Shown: positions 16,442 to 27,007 of the stretch, in pieces
Layout: each line of letters starts with the position of its first letter
Numbering within the stretch: position 1 is the stretch's first letter
From: Desulfobacteraceae bacterium
GTDB taxonomy: Bacteria; Desulfobacterota; Desulfobacteria; Desulfobacterales; ETH-SRB1
Assembly: GCA_013792055.1 (NCBI GenBank)
Contig: VMSQ01000078.1
Location: forward strand, 1 to 39,597
Direction: 5' to 3'
Length of the DNA: 39,597 bases
Notes under the pieces: generated by a model
Seen by the model: the letters and a program-made list of their open reading frames with translations, nothing else
Databases searched by the model: none
What the model was told of the DNA's origin: nothing
Translations under genes and position numbers: made by a program

Positions 16442-19400
16442 ATGGCCCGTCTCGAAGATCTTAAGGAAGGGGCAACGGTAAAAGGTGTTCGGCCAGATGG
16501 CCCCATTACCATCATCAACGTCAAATGGCACGGCGACGCTGTTGTAGAACTGACGTATAAGGACTCATCTGGACGGCCTGGAAATGAGCTGATCTTCAGA
16601 GATAGAGAGCCTACCTTTGAAGTGATCCAGCCTGGCCAATCCTGGAGCTTTGATGCCGATGCTGGGATGTTACGATTAGTATCGGAAGCCTATCGTATCA
16701 GAATGGCCTATATTTTTGACCCCCTTCTTGCCGTTCACACATCCATGATTGATCCTCTTCCCCATCAGATTACTGCAGTATACGAAGAAATGCTGCCACG
16801 CCAGCCTCTCCGATTTCTCCTCGCCGATGACCCAGGCGCTGGTAAAACAATAATGGCTGGCTTGCTTATAAAAGAATTGATGATCCGCGGCGATTTGGAT
16901 CGCTGTTTAATTGTATGCCCAGGAAATCTAGTGGACCAATGGCAGGATGAACTATATCGCCGGCTTCACCTCCCATTCGAGATATTGACAAATGATCGCC
17001 TGGAGGCTGCCCGCACAGGAAATGCCTTCCTGGAAATCCCCCTTCTCATTGCCCGCCTGGACAAACTGAGCCGTAATGAAGACATACAGGCAAAGCTTAA
17101 ACAAACGGACTGGGATCTCATTATATGCGATGAGGCTCATAAGATGTCTGCTTCGTTTTTTGGTGGCGAAATCAAAGAGACCAAACGTCGGAAACTCGGA
17201 AGATCTCTCTCCGAGCTCACTCGCCATTTTCTCCTGATGACAGCTACACCCCATAACGGTAAAGAAGAGGACTTCCAGCTATTTATGGCTTTGTTGGATG
17301 GAGATCGTTTTGAAGGCCGTTTTCGCGATGGCGTCCATGTAGCCGATGCCTCAGACCTTATGCGCCGGATGGTGAAAGAAAAATTGCTCAAGTTCGATGG
17401 CACGCCACTTTTTCCCGAACGCCTGGCGTATTCTGTCACATATCGCTTATCTGACCAAGAAGCCATTTTATATGAACAGGTAACCAGCTATGTACGGGAG
17501 GAATTTAACAGGGCAGACGCGCTTACAAATGAAGGCCGGAAAGGAACGGTTGGTTTTGCGCTAACCATCCTGCAACGCAGGCTTGCCTCTTCTCCAGAGG
17601 CCATTTACCAGTCCCTCCGGCGACGCAAGGAACGGTTGGAAAATCGCTTGCGGGAGGAAGAATTACTCAAACGTGGAGCAGAAGCCCGTTTTAGGTCAGA
17701 TAAGTGGCCGTCTCCTATGACGGAGGAGGATTTAGAAGATCTGGAAGATGCGACGGATGCCGAAGTAGAGGAAGCCGAAGAAAAAATTGTAGATCTTGCA
17801 ACGGCAGCCCAGACTATTGCTGAACTGCAAGCAGAGATCAACACACTGAAAAATCTGGAGGCACTTGCACTACAGGTTCGCCGTAGTGGGCAGGACAAGA
17901 AATGGGAAGAGTTATCCAAACTTCTTCAGGACAAGCCCGAAATGTTCGACAACCAGGGGTCAAGGCGCAAGCTGGTTGTTTTTACAGAATATCGGGATAC
18001 GCTCAGTTACCTGACCGATCGCATCAAAACCCTTCTAGGGCGTCCTGATGCAGTAATAAATATTCATGGGAGCATGGGAAGGGAGGATCGAAAAAAGTCC
18101 GAAGAAGCCTTCAAACAGGACAAGACCGTGCAGATACTTGTAGCTACAGATGCAGCCGGAGAAGGTATCAATCTCCAGCGGGCTCATCTAATGGTCAACT
18201 ACGATCTACCCTGGAATCCCAACCGCATCGAGCAGCGTTTTGGCCGTATTCACCGTATAGGCCAGACTGAAGTGTGCCACCTCTGGAACCTGATAGCTGA
18301 AGAAACCAGAGAAGGCGACGTGTATTTAACACTTCTCAGGAAGCTGGAGGCTGAAAGAGAAGCTCTTGGAGGTGCAGTATTCGATGTTTTGGGCAAGGCG
18401 CTTGGTGGTGTAGAATTGCGGAAATTACTCATTGAGGCCATAAGGTATGGCGAGAGATCTGATGTCCGCGCCCGGCTCACACAGCAGGTGGAAGAGGCCC
18501 TGGATACTGAACGATTGAAGGAATTGCTGGAAGAAAAAGCGCTCGCTCATGACTCCATGGACTCAAGCCGTGTTCGCCAGATTCGGGAGGATATGGAGCG
18601 CGCTGAAGCAAGGCGCCTGCAACCCCACTTTATCGAATCATTTTTTCTGGAGGCCTTTAAGCTATTGGGTGGAAACACACGAGAACGAGAACCAAGACGC
18701 TATGAGATCAAGCATGTGCCGGCAGTCATCAGGAATCGTGATCGGATAATAGGCATGGGCGAACCAGTTCTTATCCGTTATGAAAGAATTTGTTTTGAAA
18801 AGGATCTGATCAGTATTCCTGGGAAACCTCTGGCCACCTTTGTGTGTCCCGGCCATCCGCTGCTTGATTCAACTACAGACATTATCATGGAGCGCTATCG
18901 AGACCTCCTGAAGCAGGGCGCCGTTTTTATAAACGAATCAGATCCAGATGAAGAGATACATGCTCTCTTTTATCTTGAGCATTCCGTGGCAGATGCCCGA
19001 ACTGATAAGCATGGGAACCGCCGTGTGGTATCTCGTCAGATTCAATTTGTTGAGATCGATGAAAAGGGAAACACCATAAATGCCGGCTACGCACCATATC
19101 TGGATTACAGGCCTTTGACCGAGGACGAGCAGTCGCTGATAGCCCCTGAATTGGAATGCGCATGGTTACATGGCGATCTTGAATCACAGGCTAACAGTTA
19201 CGCTATTACCTACCTGGTTCCCCGGCATTTCAAGGAAATTAGAGATCGTAAGGAAGAATTAGCGGCCAAAACCATTGCTGCCGTTAAAGATCGTTTGACC
19301 AAGGAGATTGCCTATTGGGATCACCGGGCAGAGGAACTAAAGGCTCAGGAATTAGCGGGAAAAATCAACGCCAGAATTAATTCATCTAAGGCCAGAGCGC

Positions 19401-20017
19401 GTGCAGACAAGCTTCAAGCCCGCCTGCAAAATCGTCTGGATGAATTGGAAAAGGAACGCAAACTTTCCCCCCTTCCTCCGGTGGTAATGGGTGGCGCCTT
19501 AGTTGTGCCGGGAGGACTCCTCTCCCGCCTTAAAGGGAAACGAAAGGAAGTACCGGATCTTTTTGCCAGGGAGACCAAACGGATTGAACAGATGGCAATG
19601 CAGGCAGTAATGGATGTAGAGAAGTCTCTGAACTTTGTCCCGCGAGATGTGAGCCGGGACAATTGTGGATATGATATTGAATCTTCAATTCCTGATACGG
19701 GAAAGTTACGCTTTATCGAGGTTAAGGGCCGACTTCAGGGTGCAAAAACGGTTACGATAACCAAGAATGAGATTCTCACAGCCTTAAATAAACCCGATGA
19801 TTATATACTGTCAATCGTCCTGGTACCGCCATCAGAAACGCAACTTGAAACTGATCTATGGCAAATAAAAGAGCCCATGGCCGGCTATGGTAAAATATGG
19901 AATGATTGCCAAGTTTACTATATTCGCAGGCCATTTATCAGAGAACCCGATTTTGGCGTGACAAGCGTTAACTATAATCTTCAGGAATTGTTAGCCAATG
20001 CGGAGGTTCCCGGTTGA
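16442..20017 (+). CDS. SNF2-family helicase with C-terminal DUF3883-like (PD-(D/E)xK-type) domain
   Basis: 1191 aa. AGGAG SD. Motifs: LLADDPGAGKT, ICDEAHKMS, MTATPHNGKEEDF, ATDAAGEGINLQ, QRFGRIHRIGQ. Long coiled-coil region. The C-terminus has GYDIESS...LRFIEVKGR...ITKNE...YILSIV. Confidence 0.9.
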   Translation: MARLEDLKEGATVKGVRPDGPITIINVKWHGDAVVELTYKDSSGRPGNELIFRDREPTFEVIQPGQSWSFDADAGMLRLVSEAYRIRMAYIFDPLLAVHTSMIDPLPHQITAVYEEMLPRQPLRFLLADDPGAGKTIMAGLLIKELMIRGDLDRCLIVCPGNLVDQWQDELYRRLHLPFEILTNDRLEAARTGNAFLEIPLLIARLDKLSRNEDIQAKLKQTDWDLIICDEAHKMSASFFGGEIKETKRRKLGRSLSELTRHFLLMTATPHNGKEEDFQLFMALLDGDRFEGRFRDGVHVADASDLMRRMVKEKLLKFDGTPLFPERLAYSVTYRLSDQEAILYEQVTSYVREEFNRADALTNEGRKGTVGFALTILQRRLASSPEAIYQSLRRRKERLENRLREEELLKRGAEARFRSDKWPSPMTEEDLEDLEDATDAEVEEAEEKIVDLATAAQTIAELQAEINTLKNLEALALQVRRSGQDKKWEELSKLLQDKPEMFDNQGSRRKLVVFTEYRDTLSYLTDRIKTLLGRPDAVINIHGSMGREDRKKSEEAFKQDKTVQILVATDAAGEGINLQRAHLMVNYDLPWNPNRIEQRFGRIHRIGQTEVCHLWNLIAEETREGDVYLTLLRKLEAEREALGGAVFDVLGKALGGVELRKLLIEAIRYGERSDVRARLTQQVEEALDTERLKELLEEKALAHDSMDSSRVRQIREDMERAEARRLQPHFIESFFLEAFKLLGGNTREREPRRYEIKHVPAVIRNRDRIIGMGEPVLIRYERICFEKDLISIPGKPLATFVCPGHPLLDSTTDIIMERYRDLLKQGAVFINESDPDEEIHALFYLEHSVADARTDKHGNRRVVSRQIQFVEIDEKGNTINAGYAPYLDYRPLTEDEQSLIAPELECAWLHGDLESQANSYAITYLVPRHFKEIRDRKEELAAKTIAAVKDRLTKEIAYWDHRAEELKAQELAGKINARINSSKARARADKLQARLQNRLDELEKERKLSPLPPVVMGGALVVPGGLLSRLKGKRKEVPDLFARETKRIEQMAMQAVMDVEKSLNFVPRDVSRDNCGYDIESSIPDTGKLRFIEVKGRLQGAKTVTITKNEILTALNKPDDYILSIVLVPPSETQLETDLWQIKEPMAGYGKIWNDCQVYYIRRPFIREPDFGVTSVNYNLQELLANAEVPG

Positions 20018-23000
20018 GATTATCTCGCCCTGCATATTTCACTCGTGTGCAAGATGATGCCAGAAGGCGGTGGGATCAACTCGAAGCTGATCCTGTTCTG
20101 GCAGGGCCGTGGCATCAGTTGTTTCGGCAGGTTCAAAGCCCCCGGCATGTGCTTTCTGAACTGTTGCAAAACGCTGACGATGCCAAAGCCACATGGGTTC
20201 AGGCAACAATTAGCGATGGTCTTTTCGAGTTTGTTCATAATGGCGAGGATTTTGATGAGGAATCACTTCAATCAATATGCCAATTTGGACTTTCAAATAA
20301 ACGACACCTTCACACCATTGGATTTCGCGGTGTCGGATTCAAATCGGCCTTTGCCCTTGGACCACAAGTAGAGATAATTACGCCGTCATTAACTTACGGA
20401 TTTCATCATAAGCGATTCACTGAACCTATCTGGCTTGCACAACAAACAAGTTCTGGAGAGACAATCATCAGAGTGGCTATTGATCAAGCGTCCAAGATTA
20501 CGACCCTCCGTGCTGAATTTGATCGCTGGGTTAGAAGCCCTATACCCTTGCTTTTTTTTCATCATATAAAGCGGCTGGAAATTCAGAATCATGCTATACG
20601 CAGGGAAGTTCTGGGACCGGGACCGATGCCTAAAGCCGAATATATTCGACTTTCCAACGGCAAGACGATAGACGTACTGGTTGTCCATTCCGACCCTGAA
20701 GCCTTTCCCCAAGAGGTCATGGAAGAGATAAGAGATGAACGAGGATCAATGGAATTGGATCTTCCACCATGTGCCGTGCAAATTGTTTTAAGTGAAGCTG
20801 CTGAACATTTCCTTTACACCGTGTTGCCGACTGAGGTTAAACCCCTACTACCTTTTTCTTTCAATGGTCCATTTATGCAGGATCCGGCGCGTAGAGAAAT
20901 CAAACATCCCGTAAACTCGCCTACAAACAGATGGCTCCTTCAAAGAATCGGCCAATTGGCGTCAAATGCCATGAGGGGATGGTTGGATAACCAAGATATT
21001 GATGTCAAGGAGAGAGCACGTGCCTATGAACTGCTTCCGCGACATTCTGAAAAAGAAGATACCCTCGATGATGTCTGCACAAACTTAGTCATAGAAGAAT
21101 TCAAGAAATCGTTTTCTTCACACGAAAAAATCCTACTTGGACACGATGGGTCTCTTTTATCAAAAGACAATGTGGTAGCATTGCCAAAGGCTATTACCCA
21201 AACGTGGCCACCTGAGCAGGCGCTGAATATTTTCGCTCCGCACAGAAAAAAAGTCCTTTCTCAAGACATCCGAAAGCGATCATTTGATTCTTTGAAGAGT
21301 TGGAATGTCCTTGACGAGCTGGACATAAAAGACATCGTAGGGAAACTTCTTTCAATGACCGAGGCAGGGCCTTTTTGTCCCAAGCCATTAGAAAGGCTTT
21401 TCCATCTGTGGGCATATTTACAACCCCTTTCTTCACCCGATTCCCGGGAGCTAAAAAAGATAATTCGTAAACTGCCGATTGTGCCCGTATCGGGGAAAAA
21501 AGAACTTTTACCTGCGGAAGATGTCCTGGTTCTCGGGGGCAGGGAATGGGAGGTTTCCGATGAGAATAAGGATTTTTTGATGTCTCGGGTGGATGTAGCT
21601 GATCCGGCCTGGGTTAAGCTGATGACAAACGTTGATGAAGAAAAGATTGAAAAACACCATGCTCTTGCCTGTGATTTTTTTAATAAGCTTAACCTTTATC
21701 AAAGGGTGGGCGTGGAACAGGTTGTTGCAGCAGCGGCAAAAAAGATTTTCAACTCATCCAACGATCTGGATGAAGAAGGAATAAGACTCGCACGGATTGC
21801 TGCTTTTTCTGATGTTAGAATTCAGGATGATTTTAAGTTTCTCTGTCAGGATGGGCAATGGCGTACAACAACTTCAGAACTTCTTGTCCAGGGTAGCGAA
21901 GACCTTGAGGCTCTTCTGCCATGGGATATTTTCAGTATAAAAGTGATATCGGATGATTATGAAAAAGGACTTCCTTCTAAAGATATTGAACGCTGGCGAA
22001 CGTGGGCCGGAGATTTTCTAAAAAGTAAACTGTTATGCTTTCCTGTGCCGTTACTGAGCAAGGAAACAGTACAGAAAAATCATTCAGACATTTCTAAGTT
22101 ATGTATCAGTAGAGGTGGGAACGCTCCATCCTCTTACCCACTCAAAAGCCATTATTTCCAAATACATGATTATAACTGGGATGAAAACATCTGGTTTGAG
22201 TGGCAGGATATGGAGGAAGATAGGCCAGGTTTTTTAAGTGAGGTACTTCGGGCAATTCTGCAGAACTGGTCTGAAATCTGGGAAAAAAGAGTAGGCGCAA
22301 AAGTGTTTCAGGAAGGTCATACCTACATACGTACTTTAGACCATGGTAATCTCAGGGCTGCATGGCTCCAAAAGCTTCGTAATCTTAGCTGTCTTCCGGA
22401 TACTTTTGACAATTGTTACCTGCCGGCAGAGTTATATCGGAGAACACTGGATACGGAAGCTCTTTTAAACATAGAGAAATTTGTCCATCACGATTTTGAT
22501 AAACCGCAATATTCAAAAATTCTTGATCTGCTTGGCGTACAAAGTCAACCGACAGGTGTAGACCCATTGTTAACTCGTTTGAAAGACTTGTCAAAGACCA
22601 AAACGCCTCCAATTACGCATCTCGTAGATCTTTATCGTGCCATAGACCGTGTACTTCTCAGAATGGATACAAGAGAAACCGCTAAACTGAAAAGATCCTT
22701 CAACGAAAATGCCCTGATCTACACAGATGGTCATGATTGGGAAAAGTTAAACACCGTTTTTAGAGACAATCCGGAAGATATTCCAGGAGTTCGTCTAATA
22801 CATCCGGAGGCGGCTAATCTGGCTATGTGGGACCGCTTTGAGGTTCCCCGCCGGCCAACGCTCGGAATGGCCATTGCATGGCTTAAAAGCAAGCCATTAG
22901 ATCAATCTCTGAATAAACCTGACAGGGAACGAGCCATTGAAATTCTCCGTCGGGCACCTGCACAAACATGGCAGGAATGTCAGGCATGGCTCGATGTAAC

Positions 23001-24186
23001 AGGCCGCTGGGTCTCTAAATCTGACCTTAAATGGTACACAAATAACATCCAGACCATATCCGGGCTATTCAGCCCCTTTAAACGGCGGACAGCAGATCTA
23101 TCAATACTGGATGGCACTGCAAACATCGATTTTATTCGCGATGCAGGTTTGAATGCTTTGGATAATCTGATCGAACATCGACTCGAAAGCCGGGTCTTTG
23201 CAAATCACGTTTCAAAACCAAGCTGGTTATTAAGACTGGCCGACATTCTACTGAGGCTTCGAAGACCTGACGATAATGAAACATCTGAAAATCTGAAAGT
23301 TGTATATGAATCGGAACGCAGTCTTGCTTCACGTTTGAAAAAAGTCAAATGGCAGCCAGTCCATAATCTCAAAGTTATTCCTTACATCAATAGTGAACAA
23401 GCAGGATCACCCAGTGAGCGTAAAGTAATTTGGCAGGATGATTCTATTTATGTCCAGGGAAGTCCACCCGCCCACCATCCTGAACTCATAAATGAATTAT
23501 CGCGACACTTTCAGACACACGATGTAAAAAAGATTATTGCCGATTGCGTTGATCGTGATCCGGAGTGGATTGACGTTTATGCGGATGAACATCTTGATCT
23601 CGAGGATTTACCTTCAGAGGAAACATCTGTTAGTAAGCCTCCAGAAGAAGATAAAAAAATAGCGACAGAACCACCTGTTACTGTGGAAACCCCTCCAGAA
23701 AAAATCTTGGATAATGGGAAAGAACATGAGCAACATAAAGACAATGAGGACGAAGATGACAAAGGTGAAGACAAACTCCGCACAAAGTCCCCCATAACGA
23801 GTCCTGATTCCGTCAAGAAAGGTTTTAAATCTTTCCTTGATAAACTTGGCTTCACCTGGGTTCCACAGCATGAATACTTCGCGGATAATAACGGAACAAT
23901 CATCCGCAAAACTGAACCACCATTTAAGTGGGCGGAATATAATGTTTCTGGGGAACGTATTGGAAGCTACTGGGTAGGCCGAGGTTCTCTGGAAAATGGG
24001 GTTGAAATCCCCGCCGATATCTGGAATCAAATACTTACCGATAACCAACAAATTTTCATCATACTGATTGATAGTCCATCCGTTTCAAGATATAAATTGT
24101 CTGACCTCAAAGATATGGTAAATCTGGGTAAAATCGAGATATATCCAACCCGAATGATCATCCGCACAAGGGATCAGATTGAATGA
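20014..24186 (+). CDS. Giant GHKL (sacsin/MORC-like Bergerat-fold) ATPase protein
   Basis: 1390 aa. The N-terminus has SELLQNADDAKA, HNGEDF and IGFRGVGFKSAF. There is an acidic low-complexity linker near residues ~1190-1250 and a small C-terminal domain of unknown type. The TTG start overlaps the upstream TGA (TTGA). The first in-frame ATG is ~200 codons in. Confidence 0.8.
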   Translation: MRLSRPAYFTRVQDDARRRWDQLEADPVLAGPWHQLFRQVQSPRHVLSELLQNADDAKATWVQATISDGLFEFVHNGEDFDEESLQSICQFGLSNKRHLHTIGFRGVGFKSAFALGPQVEIITPSLTYGFHHKRFTEPIWLAQQTSSGETIIRVAIDQASKITTLRAEFDRWVRSPIPLLFFHHIKRLEIQNHAIRREVLGPGPMPKAEYIRLSNGKTIDVLVVHSDPEAFPQEVMEEIRDERGSMELDLPPCAVQIVLSEAAEHFLYTVLPTEVKPLLPFSFNGPFMQDPARREIKHPVNSPTNRWLLQRIGQLASNAMRGWLDNQDIDVKERARAYELLPRHSEKEDTLDDVCTNLVIEEFKKSFSSHEKILLGHDGSLLSKDNVVALPKAITQTWPPEQALNIFAPHRKKVLSQDIRKRSFDSLKSWNVLDELDIKDIVGKLLSMTEAGPFCPKPLERLFHLWAYLQPLSSPDSRELKKIIRKLPIVPVSGKKELLPAEDVLVLGGREWEVSDENKDFLMSRVDVADPAWVKLMTNVDEEKIEKHHALACDFFNKLNLYQRVGVEQVVAAAAKKIFNSSNDLDEEGIRLARIAAFSDVRIQDDFKFLCQDGQWRTTTSELLVQGSEDLEALLPWDIFSIKVISDDYEKGLPSKDIERWRTWAGDFLKSKLLCFPVPLLSKETVQKNHSDISKLCISRGGNAPSSYPLKSHYFQIHDYNWDENIWFEWQDMEEDRPGFLSEVLRAILQNWSEIWEKRVGAKVFQEGHTYIRTLDHGNLRAAWLQKLRNLSCLPDTFDNCYLPAELYRRTLDTEALLNIEKFVHHDFDKPQYSKILDLLGVQSQPTGVDPLLTRLKDLSKTKTPPITHLVDLYRAIDRVLLRMDTRETAKLKRSFNENALIYTDGHDWEKLNTVFRDNPEDIPGVRLIHPEAANLAMWDRFEVPRRPTLGMAIAWLKSKPLDQSLNKPDRERAIEILRRAPAQTWQECQAWLDVTGRWVSKSDLKWYTNNIQTISGLFSPFKRRTADLSILDGTANIDFIRDAGLNALDNLIEHRLESRVFANHVSKPSWLLRLADILLRLRRPDDNETSENLKVVYESERSLASRLKKVKWQPVHNLKVIPYINSEQAGSPSERKVIWQDDSIYVQGSPPAHHPELINELSRHFQTHDVKKIIADCVDRDPEWIDVYADEHLDLEDLPSEETSVSKPPEEDKKIATEPPVTVETPPEKILDNGKEHEQHKDNEDEDDKGEDKLRTKSPITSPDSVKKGFKSFLDKLGFTWVPQHEYFADNNGTIIRKTEPPFKWAEYNVSGERIGSYWVGRGSLENGVEIPADIWNQILTDNQQIFIILIDSPSVSRYKLSDLKDMVNLGKIEIYPTRMIIRTRDQIE

Positions 24187-24210
24187 ATGGTAAGTAAGGA
24201 TTGTTAACTT

Positions 24211-25464
24211 ATGGAGACAAGAAAGAAAAAACTGATTGAGGTCGCCCTTCCTCTGGATGCGATTAATCGAGAATCGGCAAGGGAAAAATCCATCCGGCAC
24301 GGTCATCCCAGCACCCTGCATTTATGGTGGGCGAGACGACCTTTGGCGGCTTGCCGAGCCGTCCTTTTTGCTCAATTGGTAGATGATCCATCAAGCCATC
24401 CAGACAAGTTCCCTACTGAGGAAGCCCAGAAAAAAGAAAGAGAGAGGCTTTTTAATATCATTGAAGAAATGGTGAAATGGGAGAACATCAATAATGAACG
24501 GGTTCTGGAAAAGGCACGAAAGGAAATCCTGAAATCTACAGATGGCAATCCACCTCCTGTGTTAGATCCATTTTGCGGGGGCGGTTCAATTCCATTGGAA
24601 GCTCAGAGGTTGGGGCTCAAGGCATATGCCAGCGATCTTAACCCAGTAGCAGTTCTCATTACCAAGGCCCTTATTGAGATTCCTCCCAAGTTCGCCGGCA
24701 GGTCACCGGTTCACCCCGGGGCTCAAACTTCTTCCCAATCGCACGGGGCAAAGGGACTGGCCGAGGATGTGCGCTATTATGGGAAATGGATGCGGGATGA
24801 GGCTGAAAAACGTATAGGTAACCTTTATCCCAAGGTCAAGCTGCCGGAGGAATATGGTGGGGGTGAGGCCACGGTGATTGCCTGGTTGTGGGCAAGAACC
24901 GTCAAATGTCCTAATCCTACTTGTGGAGCTCAGATGCCGCTTGTGAGATCGTTTGCCCTTTCGACCAAGAAAGGCAAGCAGGCATGGGTGAAGCCGATGG
25001 TGGAGGGGAATCAGTACCGTTTCGAGGTGAGAACAGGTGAAGGCAAGCCCCGAGAGGGAACAATGAATAGACGAGGAGCAACTTGTCTTTGCTGCAGAAC
25101 ACCTGTGCCGTTTGATCATATTCGTGCAGAAGGAAAGGCTGGCAGAATGCGCCAGAGGCTTATGGCGATTGTGACCGAGGGGCCAAGAAAAAGGATATAT
25201 TTAGAAGCAGATACCGAGCATGTAAGGGTTGCTAAAAAGGCGGAACCTAAATGGAAGCCAGGCGGGGAGTTACAGGGAAAATGCAGGGTTAGTGTGCCTC
25301 TCTATGGAATGAACACATTTGCTGACCTCTTCACCCCCCGCCAGCTCGTCGCCCTGACCACCTTCAGCGATCTGGTGATGGAGGCGCGGGAGCGGGTTCA
25401 TGAAGATGCCATCAAGACCGGGATGACGGATGATGGCAAGGGGCTGGACGATGAAGGAACTTGA
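24211..25464 (+). CDS. DUF1156-type DNA methyltransferase, N-terminal part (SAM-binding motif, Zn ribbon)
   Basis: 417 aa. Motifs: [56 protein letters not shown]...CLCCRTPVP. It ends at TGA 25462-25464, in frame with the next ORF. Confidence 0.85.
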   Translation: METRKKKLIEVALPLDAINRESAREKSIRHGHPSTLHLWWARRPLAACRAVLFAQLVDDPSSHPDKFPTEEAQKKERERLFNIIEEMVKWENINNERVLEKARKEILKSTDGNPPPVLDPFCGGGSIPLEAQRLGLKAYASDLNPVAVLITKALIEIPPKFAGRSPVHPGAQTSSQSHGAKGLAEDVRYYGKWMRDEAEKRIGNLYPKVKLPEEYGGGEATVIAWLWARTVKCPNPTCGAQMPLVRSFALSTKKGKQAWVKPMVEGNQYRFEVRTGEGKPREGTMNRRGATCLCCRTPVPFDHIRAEGKAGRMRQRLMAIVTEGPRKRIYLEADTEHVRVAKKAEPKWKPGGELQGKCRVSVPLYGMNTFADLFTPRQLVALTTFSDLVMEARERVHEDAIKTGMTDDGKGLDDEGT

Positions 25465-25467
25465 GCA

Positions 25468-26997
25468 ATGGGGTATGCTGATGCAGTGGCGACGTATTTG
25501 GCGTTCGCTGTGGATAAAGGTTCGAACTATTGGTCTTCCCTGTGCGCTTGGCATTCTGGTCGTGACATTATCATGAGCACCTTTGCCAGACAGGCATTGC
25601 CTATGGTATGGGACTTTACAGAGGCCAATCCGTTTAGTAGTTCAAGTGGAAATATCCTCTTGGGAATAAGTCAAGCATCTCAGATGTTGGATAAAGTCCC
25701 AGCAAGCCTCCAAGCATTGACCAGACAGCTCAATGCAACTGAAACCATAAACAATGTCAATCATCCTTTGATTTGTACAGATCCCCCTTACTATGACAAT
25801 ATCGGATACGCAGATCTATCCGACTTCTTTTATGTCTGGCTCAGACGTTCCATTGGAAAAATATATCCAGATCTTTTCAGCACCATGCTGGTGCCCAAGG
25901 CGGAAGAACTGGTTGCCACGCCATATAGATTTGGTGGAAATAAAAAAGATGCCCGCAGGTTTTTTGAGGAAGGTTTGCGAAGGACTTTTATCAGGATGAA
26001 AAAGACCGCTCACCCGGAGTATCCCCTGGCTGTGTACTATGCATTCAAACAGTCTGAAAGCGATTCAAATATCAAAGACGGCAATGGAAACAGCGCTGTT
26101 GCCTCCACCGGCTGGGAGACAATGCTTGAAGGACTTTTGGCCTCGGGTTTCCAGATCACAGGCACCTGGCCTATGAGAACAGAACTCATCACAAGCCTAA
26201 AGAAAAGTGTGAGTGCGTTGGCTTCTTCCATAATTCTTGCCTGCCGTCCCCTGCCTGAAGACGCCCCCATGACCACGCGCCGCGATTTTATCAACACAAT
26301 GAAGCGCGAACTCCCCCCGGCTCTCAAGACCCTCCAGCAGGAAAACATCGCACCAGTTGACCTGGCACAATCCGCCATTGGCCCCGGCATGGCGGTCTTT
26401 TCCAAATACAGCAAAGTCCTGGAAGCAGATGGAACCCCTATGCGTGTTCGTGCGGCGCTGGCTCTTATCAACCAGGTGCTGGACGAGTATCTGGCAGAAC
26501 AGGAAGGGGAATATGATGCTGATACCCGCTGGGCATTGGCCTGGTTTGAACAGTTTGGTATGATGGAAGGTCCTTACGGAGTTGCAGAGATCCTGTCGAC
26601 AGCCAAGAACACGGCTGTGGGCGGCCTTGTGGCGGCAGGTATAATTATATCCAGAGCGGGCAAGGTTAGAATTCTCCGGCGTGATGAATTGCCCGAGGAT
26701 TGGAACCCTGCAACTGATAAGCGTCTTACAGTCTGGGAGGTAACACAACATCTGATTCGCGTCCTTGTGGACAAGGGCAGCGAGGAGGTGGCAGCAGATC
26801 TTCTCAGAAAGGCCGGCGCCCTGGGCGATGTTGCAAGGGATTTGGCATACCGACTTTATACCATATGTGATCGAAAGAAATGGGCACAGGAGGCCTTGGC
26901 GTACAATAGCCTGGTGGTTGCCTGGCCAGAGTTGGTCAAGCTGGCGGGTCAAAAAGAAGTGAAAGGACCTTCACAGCAACAGTTGTTCGAGGGATAA
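25468..26997 (+). CDS. DUF1156-type DNA methyltransferase, C-terminal part (catalytic DPPY motif)
   Basis: 509 aa. Has TDPPYYDNIGYADLSDFFYVWLR. Same frame as 24211-25464, separated only by TGA-GCA. GAAGGA lies 9 nt upstream of its ATG. Confidence 0.85.
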   Translation: MGYADAVATYLAFAVDKGSNYWSSLCAWHSGRDIIMSTFARQALPMVWDFTEANPFSSSSGNILLGISQASQMLDKVPASLQALTRQLNATETINNVNHPLICTDPPYYDNIGYADLSDFFYVWLRRSIGKIYPDLFSTMLVPKAEELVATPYRFGGNKKDARRFFEEGLRRTFIRMKKTAHPEYPLAVYYAFKQSESDSNIKDGNGNSAVASTGWETMLEGLLASGFQITGTWPMRTELITSLKKSVSALASSIILACRPLPEDAPMTTRRDFINTMKRELPPALKTLQQENIAPVDLAQSAIGPGMAVFSKYSKVLEADGTPMRVRAALALINQVLDEYLAEQEGEYDADTRWALAWFEQFGMMEGPYGVAEILSTAKNTAVGGLVAAGIIISRAGKVRILRRDELPEDWNPATDKRLTVWEVTQHLIRVLVDKGSEEVAADLLRKAGALGDVARDLAYRLYTICDRKKWAQEALAYNSLVVAWPELVKLAGQKEVKGPSQQQLFEG

Positions 26998-27007
26998 TGG
27001 AAAGATT

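Noticed and set aside
25462-25520. In-frame TGA in the methyltransferase as a selenocysteine codon
   Set aside because: The only downstream hairpin (ggcgacg-tatttgg-cgttcgct, about 22 nt after the TGA) is short and bulged, and it lacks the features I associate with bacterial SECIS elements. The position appears to be a linker just before a conserved segment, not a redox Cys site. Nonsense mutation or split-gene restart is more parsimonious. A SECIS search and the presence of selA/selB/selC in the genome would be needed to revive the idea.
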